From the NCBI GenBank assembly GCA_030765625.1, contig JAVCCF010000146.1, forward strand, positions 1-25,436: a DNA stretch of 25,436 bases, given 5' to 3'. Positions 13,970 through 21,314 of this stretch are shown here, piece by piece. Below the pieces are notes generated by a model, which saw only the letters and a program-made list of their open reading frames with translations, did no database searches and had not been told where the DNA came from. Origin of the DNA: Candidatus Tenebribacter burtonii. GTDB taxonomy: Bacteria > Cloacimonadota > Cloacimonadia > Cloacimonadales > TCS61. Within the stretch, counting starts at the first letter, position 1; each line of letters begins with the position of its first letter. The translations under genes and the position numbers were made by a program.

Positions 13970-16765
13970 TTAGAAAGTAACCGATACTCCAGCGTTAAAT
14001 GTTCGTGGCATTCCTAAGAAAACTTCTGCATTATTTGCATTGTGTTCTTTTTCTCCCCAACTATTGTAATCGCTATGATCTGTTGCATCCTGAATAAATG
14101 TAGTATCCAGTACATTGAACATATGGGCAAATACTGAGACACCTAATCCATTAATTCTAACAGGAAGATTATAGTTCAGGTGGAAATTAAGTTTAGTATA
14201 ATCTGGAATTTTCCAACTTTGTGTTGTATCATCTGGATCTGTTCTGCCAAATGGTGTGAAGGCAGAATAGTGATCACGATAATGTTGTACGATAAGTTGA
14301 GCTCTCATTCCTTCAAGTGGGAAAACTGATGTTCCAAAAGATAATTGTGTCTGCGGAGCATCACCAACTTTAAGGTCTTCAACATAAATATCGATAGATT
14401 CAATTGCACCTGTAGGAGTTTCATATTCAGTATTTTCGATATTATTTAAGTATTTCCAGTCACCTTTTGCAATTGAAGCGTCAAATCTAAGTATATGTAA
14501 AGGCATATAACTTGCTTCAAATTCAACACCCATATGTCTTGAATCAAGTCCATTTACAAAGATCTTAATTTCATCCCATTCAAGTGTATCATGTTCAAAA
14601 GTTTTCGATTCATTTTTTCTATCAGTGAAATAGAAATTAGCTTTTGTTGCCAATTTTCCATCTAATCCTTTGAAGTTCACACCTGCTTCAAAAGCTAGGA
14701 ATTCTTCATTCTTTGGATTATCGAATAAATCTCCAGTCCAGTCATTAATAACTTCATCAAATATTGGGCATTTACTAACCATACCAACGTTACCATAAAC
14801 ATCAAAATAATCATTAATAATAAAGCTGGATCCACCCTTTACTTGATAGCCACCTAACATATCAGTTTCAGTTGTTAATTCACCACTATCAACATCAGGG
14901 TCTCCATTAGCCAGTGTATCCGCAGTTACAAAATGATCTTCATAGGAATATTTGATCGTAGAATAACCACCCATCAAGTAGGCTGTTATTGCATCTTTAG
15001 TAAACTCACCTTGCCAGTAGCCACCTACCCAATCAACTGAGTTAGTATTGTAATAGTCAATTTTATCACCCAATACTTTCATTTGATCATCTGCAGTTGT
15101 GTCGAATTCATTTCCTGTGAATGTGAAATAATTTCCTCCAAGCAGATCACGTACTTCTCGGAAGTGATCTATGTTTGCAGTTCTCCAATCAAGACCAACA
15201 GATGTTTGAAAGTTTTCATTTATTGTATAATTTGCTTTAGAGATTGCTCCGATCGTCCACTGGTTGTTACGACTATTACGTAATATACCCAGAGCCTCAC
15301 CATCTGCTTTGTAAAGACTGTCTTTATCAACCCAGTAATCACCTTCAGGTCCGGAATTCATAGCAATGGTTGCATCCCAATCCCATGCCCAGGGAGATGG
15401 ACCATAATAGAATTTGTAGTCATCATCACCAAGTTCGCCATTTGCATCACGACGATAAATATCACCATAAGTTCCAGTTCCACCACCTTGACCACCGGAA
15501 TAATATAGAATTGAATATAAGTTAAGGTCTTCATTAATTTTTGTATACCAGTTTAAGTTAATCTGTGGTTTATGATAGAAATTTTCTCTTTCATTTAAGA
15601 AATTGGGATCATGACGATCATGTTCTTTTCCATTCCAGAATTGTTTACCATCATAATAGTTACTTACTGGACTCCAGTTTTGATTGAAATCATGACCTTG
15701 TTCGGGAAATTTAACATAAGCAGTATCTGCATTTGAATAATAATCATCCAGATCTTTTGCATAATCCTGATCATATGTCGCAATATTTTGTTTGAAAAGA
15801 TTCTGACCGTGTCTTTGTGGAGCACCAACAACATATAATTCTAGCTTATTACTAGAATTTATATTCCAAGCTGAAGCAACATAATATGCCCATGAATCTG
15901 TCCATGTTTTATCAATAAGCCCAACACCTGTTTTTCTCACACCGGTAGCATTAATAGCAAATTTATTATCAATAAGACCTGTGCTAGCCATAACTGTAGA
16001 TTTTAAGAAACCACCACTTCCAAATTCCTGCTTAAATTTTGTGCCTACTCCCATTGCTGTAGGATCAGTGATAATGTTCATTGTTCCACCAATAGAAGGT
16101 GTTGCAAGATTCACAGCACTAAGACCTCTCTGCATCTGAATTGAGGAAGTTGCATCACCAACTCCATCCCAGTTTGACCAATATACCCAGCCGTTTTCCA
16201 TATCATTCACAGGTACACCGTTGATCATAATTGCAACGTTTCTCTGGTCAAAACCACGAACGTTAATTCTAGCATCGCCAGCTCCACCACCTTGATTTGT
16301 GGCATAAACACTTGGTGTTGTTATTAAAGCTAATGGAATATCTCTTGAACCAAGTTTTGATTCCATCTCATCTTTGTCCATATCTGTAAAAGCAACTGGA
16401 GTTTGTCTCTCTTTTGCACGATCTGATACGATTTTGATTCCTTCAATACCAATTGATTCAACAACAAGTGCAACATTAATAATTGCTGTTTCATTTTCTT
16501 TTACTTCAGCTTCTAATGTTTTAGTTCCATAACCCATATAACGAAATTGAACCTCAACCATACCAACAGGAACATCAATAAGCGTGAAAGTACCATTATC
16601 TTTTGTATAAGTACCTTGATCTGAGCCAATTAATATCACCGCTGCGTTTGCAAGTGGCTGTCCACTTTTCTCGATAGTAACCCGCCCGGCAATTTTTCCA
16701 ACTTGCGCATACACTGGCAGGATCAACAAAACTGTAAGAATTACAATCAAACAGATTTTTTTCAT
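13970..16765 (-). CDS. TonB-dependent outer-membrane receptor with N-terminal CarboxypepD_reg-like domain
   Basis: 931 aa with signal peptide MKKICLIVILTVLLILPVYAQ. GRVTIEKSGQPLANAAVILIGSDQGTYTKDNGTFTLIDVPVG is the carboxypeptidase-regulatory-like domain. The plug region reads RINVRGFDQRNVAIMINGVPVNDMENGWVYWSNW. A long beta-barrel region rich in aromatic/Gly alternation follows. The terminal AGVSVTF ends in the aromatic residue typical of OMPs. No SusD-like partner gene is adjacent. Confidence 0.9.
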   Translation of the reverse strand: MKKICLIVILTVLLILPVYAQVGKIAGRVTIEKSGQPLANAAVILIGSDQGTYTKDNGTFTLIDVPVGMVEVQFRYMGYGTKTLEAEVKENETAIINVALVVESIGIEGIKIVSDRAKERQTPVAFTDMDKDEMESKLGSRDIPLALITTPSVYATNQGGGAGDARINVRGFDQRNVAIMINGVPVNDMENGWVYWSNWDGVGDATSSIQMQRGLSAVNLATPSIGGTMNIITDPTAMGVGTKFKQEFGSGGFLKSTVMASTGLIDNKFAINATGVRKTGVGLIDKTWTDSWAYYVASAWNINSSNKLELYVVGAPQRHGQNLFKQNIATYDQDYAKDLDDYYSNADTAYVKFPEQGHDFNQNWSPVSNYYDGKQFWNGKEHDRHDPNFLNERENFYHKPQINLNWYTKINEDLNLYSILYYSGGQGGGTGTYGDIYRRDANGELGDDDYKFYYGPSPWAWDWDATIAMNSGPEGDYWVDKDSLYKADGEALGILRNSRNNQWTIGAISKANYTINENFQTSVGLDWRTANIDHFREVRDLLGGNYFTFTGNEFDTTADDQMKVLGDKIDYYNTNSVDWVGGYWQGEFTKDAITAYLMGGYSTIKYSYEDHFVTADTLANGDPDVDSGELTTETDMLGGYQVKGGSSFIINDYFDVYGNVGMVSKCPIFDEVINDWTGDLFDNPKNEEFLAFEAGVNFKGLDGKLATKANFYFTDRKNESKTFEHDTLEWDEIKIFVNGLDSRHMGVEFEASYMPLHILRFDASIAKGDWKYLNNIENTEYETPTGAIESIDIYVEDLKVGDAPQTQLSFGTSVFPLEGMRAQLIVQHYRDHYSAFTPFGRTDPDDTTQSWKIPDYTKLNFHLNYNLPVRINGLGVSVFAHMFNVLDTTFIQDATDHSDYNSWGEKEHNANNAEVFLGMPRTFNAGVSVTF

Positions 16766-16892
16766 AACTTCCTCCTTGTTATAATTAATGAGACTATGTT
16801 AAAAAATTGAATTGTACTCTTGAAATGTCAAGTTGAAAAAAAATAATATTTACTTTTATATTAATAATTATGAGGATTGGAATTACAAACTT

Positions 16893-17672
16893 CTATTTAT
16901 TACTATTTAAATGTTCCCATAATTTATTTTCCTTTTCATTCTCCGAGATTTGCCTAGTTCCACCGTAAAGAGTTTTTTCCCATTCACCATACATTGGATT
17001 TGGAAGAATAATAAATCTTTTACCAAACTCATCTCTAATGTTATCTACGGATGAATACCTTTCTTCAATATTTTTATGGCGGAAAATATCCTCAAAATCG
17101 ATCAAATTATCTCCAATTAACATAACAATAAAATGGTCTTCGGCTACTTGATCTCTCCTGATACCTTTATTGGATGTATTATCTTTCAGAAGTATATGAG
17201 ATTCCTCAGCTTGCGGGAAACCCAAAGCCTTTAAATTCTTAAGAGTTCCTTCTATGTGACTTAGTTTTCTGTTGGAAATGTAATAGATGTCACAACCATT
17301 CTCAAATGCATAATTAAGAAAATCTACCGAGCCTGGTATTGCTTTACCTTCAGCGCTTTTCACCCAATTATCAAAGTCTCCATAATATTGTGCACCATCT
17401 ACAATAGTTCTGATCTCGAAAGCAGTATTATTTAAAACCGTTTCATCAGCATCCACAATGATAGCTCTTTTTTTTGTACGTTTAATTTTGAGATCTTCAT
17501 CCAAGCGTAATCTGGCTATATTATAAGCCTGATAAGCAAGAGCACGATATTCTGCTGATGTTGTTTGCCACAAAGTTGACATGATCATAGACTTTTGTAT
17601 CAAACCAATATCTTCTGCAAACGTTAAACAAGCGAATGTTAAAATAATTAAAATAATTATAACTTTTTTCAT
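16893..17672 (-). CDS. 5'-nucleotidase / class C acid phosphatase, lipoprotein e(P4) family (HAD superfamily)
   Basis: 259 aa with a signal peptide. SAEYRALAYQAYNIAR, IIVDADETVLNNT (DDDD-type HAD motif I), AIPGSVDFLNY, YYISNRK, GDNLIDF and FIILPNPMYGEWE align motif-for-motif with my memory of the Haemophilus influenzae e(P4) (Hel) sequence. AGGAGG lies 5 nt upstream. The start is 9 nt after the kinase stop. Confidence 0.85.
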   Translation of the reverse strand: MKKVIIILIILTFACLTFAEDIGLIQKSMIMSTLWQTTSAEYRALAYQAYNIARLRLDEDLKIKRTKKRAIIVDADETVLNNTAFEIRTIVDGAQYYGDFDNWVKSAEGKAIPGSVDFLNYAFENGCDIYYISNRKLSHIEGTLKNLKALGFPQAEESHILLKDNTSNKGIRRDQVAEDHFIVMLIGDNLIDFEDIFRHKNIEERYSSVDNIRDEFGKRFIILPNPMYGEWEKTLYGGTRQISENEKENKLWEHLNSNK

Positions 17673-17681
17673 TTTTACCTC

Positions 17682-19082
17682 CTAGTTTATGAGAGCATTG
17701 TAAATGATCTCAAAAATATAGCCCACATGAATGCGGTTTGTGAAATCTATCTTCTCAACATTTATCTCAATTATCTTACCTTTATGATAACCAAATCTGC
17801 AAACATCATTGGCATAAGTTCGATACCATCCATTCAAAGCATCGATATCACTTCTACTCCAGCCACCTTCCATCTCCATTTCTCTTCCGCGCTGTTGAAT
17901 GCGACTCCAGGCTAAGTCTGTTCTACCTTTTAATACTATCAGAAGATCAGATGAAGGAATTTCATTACATACAGATTTAAATTTTGCAGTTAACAGATCA
18001 AGTTCATCATGATCTAAAAATCCATCTTTATGGAATTGATAACAGAATACCAGCAAATCTTCTGGTAACGATCTATCCATCACAGAACTTTCTTCTCCAC
18101 GGGTTCCCTTAATTTGAAGTTCTTTTCGCATATTTAAAAAATGAAGTTGAAGATCATAACAATAAGTTTTTTTATCCTTTAAAAATTTCTCCAGAAGTGG
18201 ATTGTCTTCAGGATTTTCATATAATCCATTAATTTTCAAACTTCGTTGCATGATCGCCGTTAAGGTTGATTTACCTAAACCAACATTTCCTGCCACAGAA
18301 ATAAGTCTTGGATTTTCGAGTAAGAATTTTTCCAGTTTTGTTTCTGCATCGATAGCTTTAAGAGTTGCTGCAGTCTCAGGTAAAGTTACCCATTTGCTGA
18401 TTCCCGGAGTTGTTACGCGCAGATCAAGAGATCTGATCTTTTCTGCAATTTTATTGATGGTGATTTTTATATATTTATCTAGTGGAGTATCCACATTTGC
18501 ATCTATTACAATTACAGGACAAGTAACATGACGGTTAATAAACTGCTCATAAAGCTGATTCAATTGTTCTAAATACTCTTTGGGAATTCCAACCTCACTT
18601 TTTCTCCCGCGTTCTTTGATCCTTTCCAAAAGAACCGGAACATCTGCTTTTAAGTAAACTATCAGATCCGGTAAGGTTATCTCTTGTGTCATCAGATCAT
18701 AATTTCGCTGGTAAGCCAGAAATTCTTCTTCTGTCATATTCCCCATGATCTTTTGTGCCATGCCAAAAATATGATAATCTTCAGCAAGAGTTCTATCTTC
18801 TAAAACAATTCCTTTTCTGTCTTCGATCTGACGCTGCCTGTCTAATCTACCATTAAAAAATTCAATCTGTGCCATAAAAGCATTTCCAATTGGATCTTCA
18901 TAGAATGCATCAAGTACTTTAGGGTTAAATTTCTCTTGAAAGGCATACACTTTTTCATCACCAATTCTATTGGGAATTGTTGAAATTAATATCTCGCTGT
19001 ATGGTTCTTTACTTGCTGCATCTACCAATGTAGATTTTCCGACACCAATATTTCCCACAATCCCGATTCTTAAATGTTCCAT
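17682..19082 (-). CDS. Tandem-fused deoxynucleoside kinase (two complete dNK/dCK-dGK family domains in one polypeptide)
   Basis: 466 aa. Domain 1 carries the P-loop IVGNIGVGKSTL, a DR(S/T)-type motif LEDRTLAEDYHIF and the lid RIKERGRKSE. Domain 2 carries the P-loop VAGNVGLGKSTL, the substrate motif ENPEDNPLLEKFLKD, the motif VMDRSLPED and the lid RIQQRGREME. Both halves resemble Bacillus Dck/Dgk-type kinases. A linker of about 40 aa joins them. Confidence 0.85.
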   Translation of the reverse strand: MEHLRIGIVGNIGVGKSTLVDAASKEPYSEILISTIPNRIGDEKVYAFQEKFNPKVLDAFYEDPIGNAFMAQIEFFNGRLDRQRQIEDRKGIVLEDRTLAEDYHIFGMAQKIMGNMTEEEFLAYQRNYDLMTQEITLPDLIVYLKADVPVLLERIKERGRKSEVGIPKEYLEQLNQLYEQFINRHVTCPVIVIDANVDTPLDKYIKITINKIAEKIRSLDLRVTTPGISKWVTLPETAATLKAIDAETKLEKFLLENPRLISVAGNVGLGKSTLTAIMQRSLKINGLYENPEDNPLLEKFLKDKKTYCYDLQLHFLNMRKELQIKGTRGEESSVMDRSLPEDLLVFCYQFHKDGFLDHDELDLLTAKFKSVCNEIPSSDLLIVLKGRTDLAWSRIQQRGREMEMEGGWSRSDIDALNGWYRTYANDVCRFGYHKGKIIEINVEKIDFTNRIHVGYIFEIIYNALIN

Positions 19083-19100
19083 TTATAACCTAGTACAATT

Positions 19101-19922
19101 TTATTCAAAGAGTTCAAATTCATCCAGGCTTTGGTAATATTTCTCGATCAGAATATAAGAAAATGGAATTGTTATGAGAAGTCCTAATCCTACAAATGCA
19201 ATACCAATAATATTCATTACAAAAAGTCTTAACATAATGAAAAATTGCTGCCAGCGAGTTTCTGCACTTGCTTTATAACATGAGATCACTGCTTTGATCG
19301 GATTCATTTTCTTTCTTGTGATTAGAAGGACTGCCGGAAAAGTTATGGTAATCCAATAGAGAACTAAAATAAATCTGACAGGATGCAGAATTGGATCAAC
19401 TGTAATTCCTAAAATGTAACCTGTACAAAATATTTTAAGAATTAAAAAGTATAAAATATTTACAAGTACAAGCAGAAAAAATGTTGGATAGCTTTTCAGC
19501 GCTTTAAGGTACATTGCAATTTTAAATGGTTCATCGGTAAAATTCTCTTCAAACCCAAACGGGATCAATGTAAACGGTACTAAAAACAACAACATGAGAT
19601 TGGTAAAAAGATAATGATCTATCTTAAAACTCTCTGCCAGATCTATACTGAAGAATATTCCCAACCCAATTAATAAAAAAGAAGTGAGAACAATAAAAAT
19701 AGAGAATGAATAATATTGAGATTTGATTGGTTTGAACTTTCCCCAAACTTCCTCATAATTTATTTTAGCAGAAAGTGGACCTGAAAGTGCACCGGTAGGT
19801 TGGCCACACACTTTACAGAAAAGAGCATGCTCATCAAGTTCAGCATTGCATCTCACATCTATTTTTCTACCATTTTTTGTTTTTTCTTTTCTCATACCAT
19901 TACATTTCATAAATTTCCTCAT
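19101..19922 (-). CDS. Uncharacterised polytopic membrane protein with N-terminal cytoplasmic Cys4 zinc-ribbon-like segment
   Basis: 273 aa in the ORF track. The N-terminus MKC..VRC..FCKVCG has four Cys residues. About six hydrophobic helices follow, including FSIFIVLTSFLLIGLGIFFSI, LFTNLMLLFLVPFTLIPFGF, FFLLVLVNILYFLILKIF, FILVLYWITITFPAVLLI and FVMNIIGIAFVGLGLLITIPF. The likelier start is the second ATG at 19910: ATGAGGAAATTTATG places an AGGA 5 nt upstream and gives MKCNG.... The gene ends 18 nt before the kinase start. Confidence 0.7.
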   Translation of the reverse strand: MRKFMKCNGMRKEKTKNGRKIDVRCNAELDEHALFCKVCGQPTGALSGPLSAKINYEEVWGKFKPIKSQYYSFSIFIVLTSFLLIGLGIFFSIDLAESFKIDHYLFTNLMLLFLVPFTLIPFGFEENFTDEPFKIAMYLKALKSYPTFFLLVLVNILYFLILKIFCTGYILGITVDPILHPVRFILVLYWITITFPAVLLITRKKMNPIKAVISCYKASAETRWQQFFIMLRLFVMNIIGIAFVGLGLLITIPFSYILIEKYYQSLDEFELFE

Positions 19923-20046
19923 CTATCATTCATTAATGCTAGAAAATTTCTGAGGAGCACTCATTTTGTCAATTATTAAAGTTCTTTACAAATAAAGCAC
20001 TCAAAATTTATTTGAGGTTGCTTTGAATACGAAATGAGGAGGAGTT

Positions 20047-20418
20047 ATGTATAAACTGAATGTAACCTCAAATTTCTCGTCTGCTCACAAACTGAATGGA
20101 TACGAAGGGTTATGTAAGAACCTTCATGGTCACAACTGGAAAGTACGTATTGGAATTTTATGCGAAAAAATTGATAATATTGGAATGACAATAGATTTTG
20201 GTGAAGTGAAAAAATATTTAAATGATGTAATGATAATGCTTGATCATACTTATTTAAACGAATTAGAATTTTTTAAAGAAATAAATCCAACTTCAGAAAA
20301 TATTGCACAGTTTATTTATTCTGAGATTAAAAAACGTATTGAAGTTCCAGATTGTAAAATGGCAGATGTTGAAGTTTGGGAATCTGATATTACCTCAATG
20401 GTCTATTTTGAGAGTTAG
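20047..20418 (+). CDS. queD: 6-carboxy-5,6,7,8-tetrahydropterin synthase (queuosine biosynthesis)
   Basis: 123 aa. FSSAHKL, the CKNLHGHNWKV zinc/catalytic motif and LDHTYLNE are the PTPS/QueD signatures. AGGAGG lies 5 nt upstream of the ATG. Confidence 0.9.
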   Translation: MYKLNVTSNFSSAHKLNGYEGLCKNLHGHNWKVRIGILCEKIDNIGMTIDFGEVKKYLNDVMIMLDHTYLNELEFFKEINPTSENIAQFIYSEIKKRIEVPDCKMADVEVWESDITSMVYFES

Positions 20419-20428
20419 CCACAAAGAC
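20415..20428. repeat. Left arm of the inverted repeat bounding the GxxExxY remnant
   Basis: TTAGCCACAAAGAC matches the reverse complement of 20628-20641 at 13 of 14 positions. It contains the queD stop codon TAG (20416-20418). It is followed by a near-tandem 8-mer: CACAAAGA CACAGAGA. Confidence 0.75.
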
Positions 20429-20452
20429 ACAGAGACGCCAAAAAAATTCAAA

Positions 20453-20641
20453 ATGACCAATTTAGAAGAGATTAATACATTAACCCAAAAAATAATTGGT
20501 TGTGCAATTGAGGTTCATCGTAGATTAGGATCCGGCTTATTGGAAAGTATTTATGAGAAAGCCCTTTGTATTAAATTGGAATATAACAGTTTAAAATTTG
20601 AAAGACAAAAAACTATACGCTCTTTGAGTCTCTGTGGCTAA
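20453..20641 (+). pseudogene. Truncated GxxExxY-family (PD-(D/E)XK-like, PDDEXK_3) gene; only about the N-terminal half is retained
   Basis: Translation from ATG 20453 reads MTNLEEINTLTQKIIGCAIEVHRRLGSGLLESIYEKALCIKLEYNSLKFERQKTI.... It contains the eponymous G-LL-E-SI-Y motif and the family-typical N-terminus. After ERQKTI it diverges (RSLSLCG) and stops at 62 aa, whereas full-length members are about 120-130 aa. The longer ORF-track entry (20303-) is only an open-frame extension overlapping queD. Confidence 0.6.
20628..20641. repeat. Right arm of the inverted repeat bounding the GxxExxY remnant
   Basis: GTCTCTGTGGCTAA has reverse complement TTAGCCACAGAGAC. It contains the remnant's stop codon TAA (20639-20641) and ends 3 nt before the engB ATG. 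Confidence 0.75.
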
Positions 20642-20644
20642 AAT

Positions 20645-21262
20645 ATGAGAATTGTAGAATCAAAGTTTGTTAAAAGTGCTGTAAAACCTATAGACTATTA
20701 CCCAACTGCTTTTGCAGAAATTGCCTTTGCAGGAAAATCAAACGTAGGCAAATCTACTCTGATAAATACAATATTAAACCGAAAAGGAATTGCCAAAGTA
20801 AGCAACAAGCCAGGGAAAACACGATTGATCAATTTCTTTGAAATTAGATTCAAAATTGATAAGGAAGAGTTGGATGGCTTTTTCAGTTTTGTAGATCTGC
20901 CAGGTTATGGCTATGCAAAAGTAAGTAAAACTCAACGCGATTCCTGGAAAAAAATGATCCTAACTTTCTTTGAGAACAGACAACAACTACGAGGTGTCGT
21001 CTGTTTGGTTGATATCAGGCATAAAGCAGATCCCAAAGATATACTCATGATAGAAATGCTACAATCTATGAATATCCCATTTATGATCGCTGCCACAAAA
21101 TCTGATAAGATTCCTAAATCTAAAGCAAATGCTGCAATTATAAAATTGAAGAACGGGCTGAATTTAGGTGACCAGCAAATATTCGCCTGTTCATCACTAA
21201 AGAAAAGAGGAATTGATAACATCTTGAACTGGATCACAGATCAGGTTATTGATTTGAATTGA
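20645..21262 (+). CDS. engB: Ribosome biogenesis GTP-binding protein YsxC/YihA (EngB)
   Basis: 205 aa. EIAFAGKSNVGKSTLINTIL is G1, DLPGYGYA is G3 and ATKSDK is G4. The size and motif order are typical of EngB. Confidence 0.9.
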   Translation: MRIVESKFVKSAVKPIDYYPTAFAEIAFAGKSNVGKSTLINTILNRKGIAKVSNKPGKTRLINFFEIRFKIDKEELDGFFSFVDLPGYGYAKVSKTQRDSWKKMILTFFENRQQLRGVVCLVDIRHKADPKDILMIEMLQSMNIPFMIAATKSDKIPKSKANAAIIKLKNGLNLGDQQIFACSSLKKRGIDNILNWITDQVIDLN

Positions 21263-21314
21263 CAATTGATTTTAGTAAGTATATTTTTTGGATTATGAAT
21301 ATAAAGGTTAAATT

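Noticed and set aside
20303-20452. The upstream 50 codons of the 112-aa ORF-track entry overlapping the 3' end of queD.
   Set aside because: This part is only an open frame overlapping queD out of frame. The recognisable GxxExxY-family sequence begins at ATG 20453, so I trimmed the call to 20453-20641.
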